A DNA stretch of 64,000 nucleotides from NCBI RefSeq assembly GCF_009914755.1, contig NC_060932.1. One strand, written 5' to 3'. This document shows positions 1 through 14,419 of this stretch, one piece after another. The position numbers and the translations under genes are program-made. Source of the DNA: the human T2T-CHM13v2.0 reference genome, Homo sapiens. Below the pieces are notes generated by a model. It was given only the letters and a program-made list of their open reading frames with translations, had not been told where the DNA came from and ran no database searches. Positions within the stretch are counted from its first letter, which is position 1; the number at the start of each line of letters is the position of its first letter.

Positions 1-545
1 TAAGAAAATTCTCATGTAATTTTTCACAGAAATGGAAATAAAAGTTTAAATTCATATGGAACCACAAAAGACCCCTAATAGCCAAAACAGTCTTGAGCAA
101 AAAGAACAAAGCTGCAGTCATCACACTACTTGATTTCAAAATATGTTACAAAGCAATTAAAATCAAAATATCACGGTACTGCCATGAAACTGTACACATC
201 AAACAACGGAACAGGATAGAAAGCCCAGAATAAATCCAAGCATTTATGGTCAGTTGATTTTCAAATAAACTACCTAAAACACAATAGGGAAAGAACAATC
301 TCTTCAATCAATGGTATTGGGAAAACTGGACATCTACCTGCAGAGGAATGAAATTGCCTTCTTATCTGACATCAGATACTAAAGTCAAATCAAACTGGAT
401 TAAAGAATTCAACATAAGACTTAAAAACTGTAAAACTACTAGAAGAAAAAATAATGGAAAAGCACCTCAACATTGGCCTGAGCCACAATTTTTGGGATAT
501 GACCTCAAAAGCAGAGGCAAAGAAAGAGGAAAAATAGACAAATTA
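1..545 (+). mobile_element. Old L1 (L1M/L1MA-type) ORF2 3'-region fragment
   Basis: Degenerate L1 ORF2 motifs (ttcatatggaaccacaaaagacc..., aaaagaacaaagctg..., gggaaaactgga); many stop codons. Confidence 0.85.
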
Positions 546-619
546 CTAGAACTGACTCTTTCTATGAAAATAGTGAAACAAAACTTATACTGCATTTATG
601 AAACAATTATAGTTTATGA

Positions 620-3600
620 AACCTCTCAAGATTGAACTAGTAAGAAATAGAACTGGGCCAGGTGCGGTGGCTCACGCCTGTAATCCCAGAACTTTGGGAG
701 GCAGAGAAGGGCAGATCATGAGGTCAGGGGATCAAGACCATCCTGGCCAACGTGGTGAAACCCCGTCTCTACTAAAAATACAAACAATTAGCCAGGCGCA
801 CTGGTGGGTGCCTGTAGTCCCAGCTACTCGGGAGGCTGAGAAGGAGAATGGTGTGAACCCGGGAGGCAGAGCTTGCAGTGAGCCGAGATCGCGCCACTGC
901 ATACCAGCCTGGGTGACCGAGCAAGACTCTGTCAAAAAAAAAAAAAAAAGAAAAAGAAATAGAACCCTAAGCAGACTAATAATGAGCAATAAAATCTAAT
1001 CAGTAATAAAAAATATCCCAAGGAAAATAAGGTCCATAACTAGATGGATTCACAGCTGAAATTTGGCAGATATGCAAAAAGTAGCTGGTACCAATCTTCT
1101 TAAAACTACTCCAAAAAATTGAGGAGGAAAGATTCCTCCCTAACTCATTCTACAAGTCCAGTATCACCCAGATACAAAATCAGCTGAGAACATAACAAAA
1201 AACTGCAAGCCAATATTCCTGAAGAACATAGATGCAAAAATCTTCAACAAAATACTAGAAAATCTAATCTAACAGCACATCAAAAAGATAATTTACCATG
1301 ATTCAGTGGGCTTCATTCCAGGGATTCAAGGATTGTTAAACATATGAAATTTAATAACCTGGTCCACCGCAAAAACAGAACTAAGAGCACAAACCATATA
1401 ATCATATCAATAGATGCAGTAAAATTTTGGATTTTAAAAAAATCCAACATTCCTTCATTATAGAAACCCTCATCACACTAGGTACAGATGGAACATACCT
1501 TAAAATAATAAGAGCCATGTATGACAAACCCACAATCAACTTCATACTGAATGCAGAAAAGTAGAAAGCATTTTCTCTAAAAACTGGAAGAAGGTAAGGA
1601 TGCCCACTGTCACCACTCCTATTCAGCAAAGTACTGGAGGTCCTAGCCAGAGAAATCTGGCAAGAGAAAGAAATAAAATACATCCAAGTTGGAAACGAAA
1701 AAGTCAAATTATCTTCCTTTGCAGGTGACATTATTGTATACCTAGAAACCCGAAAGACTCCTAGACTTGATAAGCAATTTTAGTACAGTCTCAGGATACT
1801 AAATCAATGTACAAAAATCAGTACCATTTCTATACATCAATAACGTTCAAGCTGAGAACCAAATTGAGAGTTCAATTTGATTTATAATGGCTACAAAAGA
1901 ATACATATCTAGGAATATATTTAACAAAGGAGGCAAAAAAAATCTCTATAAAAATAACCGTAAAAAATTATGGGTGATATTGTAGATGACACGAACAAAT
2001 GAAAAAAAATCACATGATCATGGATTGGAAGAACCAACATTATTAAAATATCTACACTGCCCAAAACCATCTACAGATTGAATGTAACTCTTACCAAATT
2101 ACCAATGTCATTTTCCATAGAATTAGAAAAAGCAATTCTAAAGTTCTTATGGAACCAAAAACAGCCTGAATAGTCAAAGCACTTCTAAGTAAAAAGAACA
2201 AATTCGGAGGCATCATCTTACATGACTTCAAGTTATACTACATATCTATAACAACTAAAACAGCATGTTACTGGTAGAAAAATAGACACATAGATAAATA
2301 AAATAGAACAGATAACCCAGAAACAAAGCCACATGCTACACCCAACTGATCTTTGATGAAGTTGACAAAAATAAACAAGGAAGAAAGGAGATACCCTTTT
2401 CAATAAGTAGTGCTGGGAAAACTGGCTAGCCATATGCAGAATAATTAAAGTGGAATCTTATTTCTCATTCCATACAAAAATTAACTCAACATGGATTAAA
2501 TATTTAAACGTAAGATCAGAAATTATAAAAATTCTGGAAGAAAACCTAGGAAAAACTCTTCAAGACATCAGCCTAACCAAAAATTTATGACAAAGACCAC
2601 AAAAGCAAATGCAACAAAAATAAAAATAAATAAATGCGACTTAATTAAACTAAAAAGTTTGTGACTAGCAAAAGAAATAGTCAACATAATAAACAGGCAA
2701 CCTACAGAATGGGACAATATATTCACAAATTATGCCTATGACAAACAACTAATATCTGGAATCTACAAGGAACTCAACTCAACAAGAAAAAAATCAACCC
2801 AATTAAAAACTGGGCAAAGAACATGCACAGACGTTTGTCAAAAGAATAAAAATACAAGAGGCCAAAAAACATGAAAAAATTCTCAGCATCACTAATCACC
2901 ACAGAAAGGCAAATTAAAACCACACTAAGATACTACATTATACTAGTCAGAGTAGCTTTTATTAAAATGTCAAAAAGTAGCAGATGTTGGTGTGGATACG
3001 GAGAAAAAGATAAACTCATATACTGTTGGTGGGAGTGGAAATAAGTTCATCCTCTAGGAAAAACAGTATAATGAGACAGTATCATCTCAAAAAACTAAAA
3101 ATAGAACAGCCATTAGAACCAGTAATCTCATTACAGACTATATATCCAAAGGAAAAGGAATAATTATATAAAAAAGATATCTGCACTTGTACATTTATCA
3201 CAGCACTACTTTTAACAGCAAAGTCATGGAACCAACTTAATTGTCTACCAGTAGTTGATTGGATGAAGAAAATGTGGTATATAAACACCATGAAATACTA
3301 CCTAGCCATAAAAAGAATGAAGTCATGTCCTTTGCAGAAACATGGATGAAGCTGGAGGTCATTATCCTGAGTAAACTCTGAAGCACAAAATCAAATATTG
3401 CATGTTCTCACTAACATGTGGGTGCTAAATAACTGATACACAGGATATAAAGACAGAGAGAATAGACTATGGGGACTCCAAAAAGGGATTGATTTGGATG
3501 AGGGTGAGGGTTGAAAAATTACTTATTAGGTACAATGTTGGGTGATAGGTACACTAGAAGCCCAACCTCCACCATTGCATTTGTAATATCCGTGTAATAA

Positions 3601-3630
3601 ATAAGCACATGTACCCCTTTAATCTAAAAA
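620..3630 (+). mobile_element. 5'-truncated L1PB/L1MA-type element (ORF2 RT and C-terminus, 3'UTR), interrupted by an Alu
   Basis: Collinear L1 ORF2 remnants (gatggattcacagctgaatt, tttgcaggtgacat in the FADD-motif region), 3'UTR ...ggtacactagaagcccaacc...atgtacccctt, A-rich end. Confidence 0.9.
656..953 (+). mobile_element. Alu (AluY/Sc-like), full length
   Basis: GGCCAGGTGCGGTGGCTCAC start, dimer, poly(A); TSD AAGAAATAGAAC at 642-653 and 954-965. Confidence 0.97.
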
Positions 3631-4740
3631 ATGCAAGTCTGCACCAGAAATGTGTCCGCTTAGCATTTCTCTATATTTAAAAAAATTAAGCAAAACTTTG
3701 TGTGCATTTTGTTAATAAAATAAGCTTACTATATTATAAGTTGAAGAAAATTATGAGAAGTATTAATTTTACCATAAAAATGAGAACTGTGTAGGGGTAT
3801 ACATTATTTTTATTTATGAAACTTATCATTGACTCTGTTACTCTGGCTAACCAAGTCTGTCTTTGGAGTATGATGGTATTCTGAGAAGGGTGCCGTTATA
3901 CACTCACTGCTATAATCTTAGCATGATCTGCTGAGATCATTTCAATAAGACCCAGACTTAATTTTTTTCCTTCTCAGTTGTAATTTTACTGGAATAAAAA
4001 TTGATTATATTTCAAAAAAATCACAGTAATGATGCTCACAATGCAGAACTTTTCAACAATAAAGTATCATAAATATTAACGTGACAATGATGTAATTTCT
4101 ATCATTATAAAAGATGAGAGAGTACACAGTAGTTTTTCTTTCACTTGGTTATGAGCAGAAATTACTGTTGCCTAGTACTTAGGCTACTTAAAAACAATAT
4201 TTTTATTAAGTCATTTGCCTACTAATAGTTCCCTCTTTCCTCTTTCTCTGAAGGTAAAAATAAGCAGAACTATAGATAAAAAACTGAGTACCAATTCACA
4301 TTTATTGCTATATCTATTAGACCTATTTCAAATATTGATATTAAAACCAAGAGTTGGAAAATATAGAAAGTTTCATTTAAAAAAATACTGATTAATGTTA
4401 CTTGAATGACCTGTACACATTTTTTATAAAAGCGAAAAATAAGATTAAAATTATGTAACTTTTATATTAACAAAATATTTATTCTAAGTGCTTATAAGAA
4501 CATATATTTGCAATTTTACTTGACAATTCTCATGTGTAGTAAATATAGTAATTCATTATTCTAGATAGAAAAATACTGAAATAAAATATGAGCAGGTAAT
4601 AATGAGTAAGATGGTGTTGTAAATGTCCTAAATACAGATTGAAGGAGCACCCCAGCAAAAATTTTTCAGCAGCCTTGCAGAGGATTTTTCACCTCTCTCT
4701 CTCACAAACTCTATTTCTGTCTCTATAGAGAGAGGTGATG

Positions 4741-4746
4741 GATAGG

Positions 4747-4788
<42 letters not shown>

Positions 4789-4805
4789 TAGATAGATAGA
4801 TAGAT
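4741..4805. repeat. (TAGA)n/(GATA)n tetranucleotide microsatellite
   Basis: Run of gata units with one gatata interruption. Confidence 0.95.
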
Positions 4806-5138
4806 CCAGTTATCTTATAGTTAAATAATTCTCTCAGTATTAGCTGAATGCAAGCTAAGAAGAACAGAGACTTCAGAGGCCAAACATAAAAAAAAAACAT
4901 AAACTTCTCAAAAACATTAGTAAAGTCATTAAACAAATGAAGGCAGTAGCCTACAACAAGGGGAAAAATAGAAGAAAAGAGAAGAGTCTGATGTTCAGAG
5001 TTATAATATTCAAAACATCTAGTTTTTAACAAAAATAAATGGAGCATGGAAAGAAAATAGAAACTGACCTATTAAGCAGAAATAAATAAAACTTCCCTTA
5101 ATGAAAGCATTAGATTTTCTAGAGAAAGACTTTAAATG

Positions 5139-5448
5139 GGCCAGGCGCGGTGGCTCACGCCTGTAATCCCAGCACTTTGGGAGGCTGAGGCGGGTGGATC
5201 ATGAGGTCAGGAGATCGAGACCATCCTGGTTGACATGGTGAAACCCCGTCTCTACTAAAAATACAAAAAATTAGCCAGGCGTGGTGGCAGGCGCCTGTAG
5301 TCCTAGCTACTCCTGCAGCTGAAGCAGGAGAATGGCATGAACCCGGGAGGCAGAGCTTGTAGTGAGCCAAGTTAGTGCCACTGCACTCCAGCCTGGGTGA
5401 CAGAGAGAGGCTCCATCTCAAAAAAAAAAAAAAAAAGAAGAAGAAGAA
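5139..5448 (+). mobile_element. AluY-like, full length, no evident TSD
   Basis: Alu dimer, gaatggcatgaacccgggagg, poly(A)/(GAA)n tail. Confidence 0.96.
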
Positions 5449-5987
5449 TTTTAGAAAACTAGAAAACTGTGGTACATCATCAATCATACTAATATATAAG
5501 GAATGGTGATATCAAAAACAGAATTTACGGAAAAAGGATCAGGAACAATTTTCACATAGTGTCTGAATTATTCTCAAATTTAATAAAAGACATGAATCTA
5601 CACATTCAAGAATTACAGTAAACTCCAAGAAGTATAATCATAAAGAGATCCACGCTGAGACACATTATAATCAAATTGTCAAAAACTAAGGGCAAATAAA
5701 TAATCTTGAAAGTAGCAAGATAGAAGTGACTCATCACCTACACAAGCTCTTCAATAAGATTTTTTGAAGACCCACCAATAATTATATTTCTGGCAGAACT
5801 ATCCTTTAAAATGAAAAATAAATTAAGATATTCCCAGGTAAATAAAACCTGAGGTAGTCTGCTGCTAGGAGACCTTACCTGCAAGAAATGCTGTAGGGTA
5901 TCACTCAGGATGAAATGAAATGCCACTTGAGAATAATTCAAAGTCATAGGAAGAATTTTAAAATGCTGGCAAAAGTAACTACATTAG

Positions 5988-6411
5988 TATATTAGACTGT
6001 TCTTGCATTGCTATAATGAAATACCCAAGACTTAGTAATTTATAAAGGCAAGAGGTTTAATATTACTTTTTAGTTATGCTGGCTTTACAGAAAGCATGGT
6101 GCTGGCATCTGCTCAGCTTCTAGGGATGCCTCAGGAAGTCTACAATATGGTGGAAGAGGAAGTAGGCACGACATATTGTGAAAGCAAGAGCAATAGAGAG
6201 TGGGGTTGGAGGCACCACACTCTTTTAAATGATCAGAGCTCATGAGAACTCACTCACTATCATGCAAACAGCAGCAAGTGGGTAGTGGGGTAAATCATCT
6301 GTGAGAAATCCACTGCATGATCCAATCACCTCCCACCAGGCTCCACCTCCAACATTAGGGATTACAATTCAACATGAGATTCGGGCAGGAACAAATATAC
6401 AAACTATATCA
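5988..6411 (-). mobile_element. MaLR solo LTR (MSTA/MSTB-type)
   Basis: tatattag...ttcttgcattgctata...tccaatcacctcccaccagg...caaactatatca, the reverse complement of the TGATA...TAATACA LTR. Confidence 0.9.
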
Positions 6412-7538
6412 GTTGGTAAAGATATAAGCCTCTATTACCGAATTTTCAGTTGTAACTTTTTTTGGTTCCTAAAGATTTAGAAGGTGAATTCATGCAACTG
6501 TAATCATGAATCCATGTTAATGGTAGACAATACATAAAGTTGTAATCTGTGACAGTAACAACATATGTAAAATCAGATATTTGTGTGCTATAAAAACTAA
6601 GTTGCTACCAATTCAAAATAGATTATTATAAATTGAGAATTTTAATAGTAATTATCATGGAAACCAAAAGAAAATACCAAAACTATACCTATAAGGAAAT
6701 GGAAAGAGAATTAAAATGAAACAACACATAAAAACCTGTTAATTGGAAAAGAAGCTATTGATGGAGGAAATGAGAGAAAAAATGTATAGGACATACAGGA
6801 GATAACAGCACAATGGCAGAAGTATGGCTTTCCTTAATAGCAATTACTTCAAATGTAAAAGGATCAATAAAAAGAAAGATTGACAAAAGGGATATTTTTT
6901 AAATGATTCAATTATATGCTATATACTCACTTGAGATTCAAAGACACAAATAGGTTGAAAAGGAAAAAAGAAAAATATATATATATCTGATTAAAAGAGT
7001 AACCAAAGAAGAACTGAAGTCTGTATTCATAGCAGACAAAATACACTTTAAATAAAAACTTTTTCAAGAGACAATATGGTAAATTATATATTGATAAAAG
7101 ATTAATTAATCAAGAATATATAACAATTTGAATATATAGTTATCAGTTAACAAAGCACCAAAATACACAAAGAAAACATTGACAGAATTGAAGAGAAAAA
7201 TAGAAAATTAAAAAAAATAGTTAGAATCTGTACCTTCAATAATGGACCAAAAATGCAGACAGAAGACAGGTAAATGGATTATTTATAATGTTATAAACGT
7301 ACTAGACCTAACATACATTGATAGAACATTCCATCTAATATTCACCTAATAACAGCATATTACAAATTTTTGTCAAGTGCCCTTAGAACATTCATCAGGA
7401 TTGAGCATATGTGAATACCTAAAACAAATTTTAATAAATTTAGAAATATTGAGATCTTCAAAGCATCTCATCCAACTATCCTACAATGAATGTGAACATC
7501 GATAACAGAAAAACAAAAATTAGAAATAACACAAATAC

Positions 7539-9780
7539 TGTATTAGTCAATTCTTGCATTGCTATAAAGTAACACCTGAAACTGGGTAATTTATAAAGAA
7601 AACAAGTTTATTTGGCTCATGATTCTGAGGGCTGTATAGGAAGCATAGCAGCATCTGCTTCTTGTGAGGCCTCAGGAAGCTTACAATCGTGGTGGAAAGT
7701 CAAGAGGAATGGGTACTTCAATGATGAAAGTAAGAGCAAAAGAGTGAGAGAGGAGGTGCTACACACTTTTAAACAATCAGATCTCGTGATAACTTTCTCA
7801 CTATCCTGAAGGCAGTACCAAGTGGAATGGTGCTAAACCATTCATGAGATATCTACTTCCATGATCGAATCACCTCACACCAGGACCCACTTCCAACATT
7901 GGGGTTACATTTTAATATGAAATTTGGGCAGAGGAATACTATAAAGGTAGAAGCATTGGGTAAACATTCCTACTCCTAAAGGGAGAAATTGGCCAAAAGA
8001 AATGGGCCACAGACCCATGCAAGTCCAAAACCTAAGAGGGCAGCCATTAAAACTTAAAGCCCCAAAAGTATCCCTTTTGATTCTACTTTCTACATCCAGG
8101 GCACAATACTGTGTGGAGTAAACTCCGAAGGCCTTGGGCAGCTCCATCCCTGTGGCTTTGCACTGTTGGCTTTGGAGGTCACTCTCACAGGTTGTTGAGT
8201 GCTTGCAGCTTTTTCAGGTACAGGATGGAAGCTGTTCATGAATCTACTATTCTGGTGTCTGGAGGATGGTATCCCTTTTCTCACAGCTAGTAGGCAGTGC
8301 CCAGTATGGACTCTGTGTGGGGGCTTCAACTGCATATTTCCCCTCTGCACTGCTCTAGTTGAGGTTCTCTGTGAGGGCTTTGCCACTGAAGCAGGCTTCT
8401 CCCTGGACACCCAGGCTTTTTCATACATCCTCTGAAACCTAGGTGGAGGCTCTCAAGCCTCAATTCCTGCACTGTGTACCTGCAGGCTTAACACCACATG
8501 GAAGCTGTCAAGGTTTATGGCTTGCACCGTCTGGAGCTGCAGCTCAAGCTGTATCTGGGCACCCTTGAGCCATGGCTTCAGCTACAGCAGCCAGGTTGCA
8601 GGGAACAGTGTCCTGGGGCTCTACAGGGCAGTGGGGCCTTGGGCCTGGCCCATGAAACCATTCTGTCCTCCTAGGCCTCTGGGCCTGTGATGGAAGAAGC
8701 TGCCTCTTAGATCTCTTGAAATGCCTTTGAGGCCTTCTTCCCACTGGCTTGGCTATCGGCATTTGCCTCTTTTTTAGTTATGCAAATTTCTGCATACTGT
8801 TTGAATTTCTCCCCTGAAAATAGGATTTTATTTTCCATCACATGGCCAGGCTGCAAATTTTCCAAACTTATATGCTCTGCTTTGATTTTAAATATAAGTT
8901 CCAGCTTTGAGTCATTTCTTTATTCACACATGTGAGAAAGCCTGGTAGAAGCAACCACCAAATCTTGAAAACTTTGCTACTTAGAGATTTTTTCCATCAG
9001 ATATCCTAAATTAACACTCTCAAGATTAAAGTTCCACAGATTCCTAGGGCAGGGGCACAATGCCACCAAGTTCTTTGCTAAGCAAAAGTTCTTTGCATAG
9101 CAAAAATGATGTATACCTTGGTTCCAAATAATTTTCTCATTTCCATCTGTGACCTCCTCAACCTGAACATTATTGTCCATATCAGGATTTTGGTCACAAC
9201 CATTTAACTAGTCTCTAAAATGTTTCAAACATTTCCTCACCTTCCTGTATTCTCCGATCCCTCCATACTCTTCCAGCCTCTGCTCGTTACCTAATTCCAA
9301 AGCTACTTTCACATTTTTAGCTATCCTTATATCAATACCCGACTCCTAATATCAGTTTTCTGTGTTAGTTTGTTCTTGCATTGCTATAGATAAATACTTG
9401 AGACTGAGTAATTTACAAAAAAAGAGGTTTGATTAGCTCATAGTCCTGCATGCTTTACAGCATGGCGCTGACATCTGCTTGGCTTCTGGGAGGTCAAAGG
9501 AAGCTCACAATCACAATGGACAGTGAAGGGGGAGCAGGCATGTCACATGGCAAAAGCAATAGCAAGAGAGTAGGGGGGGAGTGCTACACACTGTTAAACA
9601 ATCAGATTTCATAATAACTCATTTATTATCATGAGGACAGTACCAAGGAGTATCGTGCTAAACCATTCAAGAAATATCCAACCCCATGATCCAGTTACCT
9701 CCCACCATGCCCCACTTTTAACACTGGGGATTGCATTTCAATATGAGATTTTGGCAGGAATACACATCCAAACTATTTCA
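7539..9780 (-). mobile_element. Two-LTR MaLR provirus (MST LTR - MST-int - MST LTR)
   Basis: LTRs at about 7539-7935 and 9361-9780 flank MST/THE1-int-like sequence (gggcagctccatccctgtggctttgc, aagttccacagattcctagggcagggg). Confidence 0.9.
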
Positions 9781-10694
9781 GTTACATATAATTTAAAACA
9801 CACTCTTTTAAACATGGGTCAAAGAAGAAATCAAAAGAGAAATTGAAAATACATTGAAATATATAAAAAGGAAAACACAATATACAAAAAAGTGTGGGAT
9901 ATAGTGAACATAGATCTCTGGGGGAAATTTATAGCTAAAAATGCCTACATCGAAAAGAAGAAACACCTTAAAATAATAACCTACCTATATGCCTTAAGGA
10001 AATAGAAAAATAAAACAAAGGTAAACCCAAGACTAGCAGAAAGAAGGAAACAATAAAGATTACAGTGAGTATGAATGAAATATAGAAAAGAAAATTAATA
10101 GAGAGTATTACCAAAAGAAAACTTGGTTCCTTAAAAAGATCAGCAAAACTGAGAACCTATGAGCTAGATGAACAAAGAAAAACAGAGAAAAGACTCATTA
10201 ACTAAAATCAGAAATGAAGTGGCCACATTAATGCCAACCTAAAAAAATAAAAATTGTAAGAGAATTCCATAAACAATTGTACACCAAATTAGATAACATA
10301 GATAGAATTGACAAATTTCCTAAAACACACAAATTACCAAAATTGACTAAAAAAGAAATAGGAAATCTCCATAAAACTTTTGTAATTGGAGATTGCATCA
10401 GTAATAAGAAAATCTGCTGACAAAGAAAAGTCCTGGATCAGTGGCTTCACTGATGAATTCTGCTAAACATTTAAAGAATCAACAGTAGTCCCTTTTAAAC
10501 TCTTCCCAAAAAATTGGAGAACAACCTGCTTCATTTTCTGAGTCCAGTATTATCCGGATACCAAAACCAAAGATAATGCAATAAAATTACTGACCTTATC
10601 CCTTTTGAATATGGATGCAAATTTTCTCAAAAATATATTATCAAACCAAATACAGGTGCATACTAAAAGGGAAAAATATTTAAAATAAATAATG

Positions 10695-10765
10695 CACGCA
10701 AAGTGCTTAACTTATTGACTAGCAGAGTACATGCATTTAATAATTGTCAGCAATTATTATTGCCA
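10695..10765 (+). mobile_element. MIR 3' fragment
   Basis: aaagtgcttaac...taataattgtcagcaattattatt. Confidence 0.5.
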
Positions 10766-12485
10766 TAAATGTTTGTATTGATTTTGTTGTTGCTGTGACT
10801 CTTTGTCTCCCTAACCTTCAGTATATAGCCTAGTACATATAATTTTTGTATTTATCTGATATTGCTTATAGAAATGATTTTATCTACCTTCATCTGTGTC
10901 CAATAATTGATACAATATATATAGAATGATAGTATTGTTTACTAGACTATAAACTCCTGTAATTGAAGAATATTTTTATTATTATTTAATTCCTTCAAAC
11001 TAGGAAAACTTTAGTGCATTATTTAACACAATGCATGATTGATGATACACAATACATGGTTATTTGAATAAATTAATAAATATACAGTAAAAATTGGTTA
11101 TACTGGAATATAGGTTTGAAAGCATGAAACATGCAATAGATAAGGCTAAAACATTGAGAAATAGATATTTTTTCTCCAAACTTTCAATAGTTTATTTAAT
11201 AACATGTTAAAATACCAGAAAACCTCTAGGGTATAAGTTCACAAAGATCACTGGCCATATCCTTTTCTCCTTACATTTTGCTCAATGCCTATTACAGTCT
11301 GATAAGCATAGATGCAAAATCAATGAGAATAAATGAATGGCAGTAATTCAGTAAGTCACTCACACAACACTGCATGGGAAATGCCTATCTTTGAATACAT
11401 TTTTCTCAGTTCTGTTTTTAAAGCCCAAAGGAAATGCTACCATATTGCATGCCCAGTTAATTAAAAATGGATGCAAAAACATAAATTTGCTTCAATGCAT
11501 TAAGAATTCATCACATTATATTATGAATCATTAAAACAAACATGCAATATTAAATTAATGCAGTGCCAAAGTTAACAGAATATTCTTAACTTGCCTGTAA
11601 AAACTAATATCTGGAACAAAAATAATCCATTTTTATTTTAATTCATTTAAAAAGATTAAAGACTTTAAAAATATGGTTATTACTTGGGGATAGAGAAATT
11701 TATTTCAAAAGACTATCATAAATATGTTTTATCATTTAGTTTTTTTTTTCTGTTTTTAGCATATTAGCAAAATGCTTTAAAATATTTGACACATTTTTGT
11801 ACATCGAGAAAGGATCAATTGATATCACTTGTTTTTAACTATTCCTCGGTTAGAATACATTAATAAAACATATCTAAAATGTACATGAAAAAGCCTTGTT
11901 AATGCATAGAATACAAATAAATGTACTGCATTGTTTTTATCAATATCAAAACCCCTTTACAATAGTATGGCCTGTTTTGGGGACTGTGATAATTAAAAGG
12001 AAATTAGACCTGTCCTGTTTTCACAATTACAGGCAATTTTACGTATACTAATAATGTTTTGCTGAACAATACAGTAACTAATTCGTGGTTATCTCCAAAT
12101 GAGCTCCATAACAAATAGTAGGAAATGGGTAATATAAGCTATCTCTGCCGCATTGCTACGAAATCTTTTCCCTAATTCAGAAATATTTCTTAAGAGAGAA
12201 TCCTTCCAAATTTCTCATGGCATGAATCTATATACACTGGACACATTCACTAATATCTTCTTTGTACTGGTATAAACTTTCTTTTTCACGGATATCTGAA
12301 ATTTGGATACAAAGGGACATTTTACTAATATCTCCACCCTCTCCTTTCTAAATAATGCTTTCATTACAATGAAAGTTTTAAAATTTTTAAATGTGTTTAA
12401 TGAGTTAATGTATATGTACATATAGATAAATGTATACATATATATATATACTCCTCACTCATTTTCAAAGAAATTAATTACATAA

Positions 12486-12854
<369 letters not shown>

Positions 12855-13135
12855 CTACTTATTTTTATTTCTTATACAGACAGGATCTCACTCTGTCTCA
12901 GGCTACACTGCAGTAGTGCAATCAGTGCTCACTGCAGTATCAAACTCCTAGGCTCAAGAGATCCCCCTGCTTCAGCCTCCTGAGTAGCTAGGAATACAGG
13001 CATCCCCCACCACATCTGGCTAATTGTTAAACAAAATTTTCTGTAGCAACGGGGTCTCGCTATGTTGCCCAGGCTGGTCTGGAACTCCTGGCCTCCAGAG
13101 ATTCTGATTACAGTTGTAAGCCACTGCATCCATCC
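12855..13135 (-). mobile_element. Old Alu (AluJ-type), internally deleted
   Basis: Diverged Alu: ggctcaagagatcc, ggggtctcgctatgttgcccagg. Confidence 0.85.
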
Positions 13136-14419
13136 TAGAAACTCATATTTAAATAAAAATGTATTATATTGTAAATCCTGATGCCATGCCTATGGAAATT
13201 AATATATTTCTCTTTGGCAAGTATTGTTTTATTTCTACCTTCATAAGGTATATGTTCTCTTTGTATAATAATTTTTGTGCTATTTATTTGTATTTAAATA
13301 GTGTCAAGCACAAATTATTGACTAAGTCTTCTTAAATTTTAATAAAATATAATTGCTTATAACATTTAACTTATTACAGCCACATATTTGCTTCACTTCT
13401 ACATGTTAGAAATTAGTTTGCTAATTTTGATATTAAAGCAAAATGATAAACATCTATTTGAGGCTGCTATGAGGCATTTGATCTTATCTCCCATGTAATT
13501 TTTTTCTTCCTTTTAAGTTGGAAAGCTTCACCCTTACTGATGAAGAGTATAAATAGATTAAGCACTATACTCACTGTCTTGCCTGTAATTGTGTATTTAT
13601 AATACAACTTTTATTAATGGAATTTCTCTAGTTCTTAGCTTACCCTATGAAGTACTGATTTCTTTGGTAATTTTTTAAAAATCAATTAATACTGATAATA
13701 TGTCCCCTGAATTGAAGATAAACTAATGTGTTCTAAGTAATTTCAAGTACATTAACTTCAAGGTAATTGAAAGAAGTTTTTCTTATGTATTTGATTCTTA
13801 GGAAAATGTTGTCAACACATTTTTGCATATGAATGAATATATACAAGGGGAAAGAACTGATAACATATTTATGGGAATATTACAAAGTCACATCTCATAC
13901 TTCTAGAAGTTTTATGTAATGATATCTATTTTAGTTTTTTATTGATACATTCATTTATCTAATTAATTCTGCCAGTTGAGTACCTACTAAGCATAAGGCA
14001 TTTATAACTCCAATATCTGAGAACTGTTCAATCTTTTAGAAACTTTGTAATGAAAATGTGATTTTTGTAAGAACTGTGTATAATACAGGAATATATCATG
14101 CAGCATCCTGCCCTTTAAGGAGTTAACAGTTTAAAAGTAACTATAAAACTGGATAATATGTGTAGATCATGGGTGAAATGGCTGTCTCCATTGCCTCAAA
14201 GTGAGACTTATCCTATGTTGCAATTCATGCTCCATTGTTTTTCTTGAAATCAGACTGCAGCTTTACCCCATCTGAGACTATTTCTTTGGTTAGCTTCTTT
14301 TCCTGTCCTATCTTGCTTCCCTCACTTCCTTATAGGTTTCTATTGCGTGCATTTCTTCAATAAATTACTTGCTTACTCTGGTTTTAAAAAATCTGTCTCA
14401 ATATATCCATTTTAGGCAG

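Larger units (their letters stand above)
4830..10670 (+). mobile_element. Ancient L1M (L1MC/L1M4-like) 5' region, ORF1 and ORF2 endonuclease part, hosting nested Alu and MST insertions
   Basis: ORF1-like (agacacattataatcaaa, aactatcctttaaaatgaa) and ORF2-like (gcagacaaaatacacttta, tggcttcactgatgaattct) segments stay collinear across the nested elements. Confidence 0.8.

Noticed and set aside
616-999. 127-aa ORF and the other Alu-overlapping ORFs (5155, 31598, 37964, 43420, 50545, 54656, 62110, 62572)
   Set aside because: They are standard Alu reading frames (e.g. LECSG, SPASAS, GVSPC), not genes.
4628-5047. 139-aa minus-strand ORF with IYLS repeats
   Set aside because: Translation of the (TAGA)n microsatellite and antisense L1.
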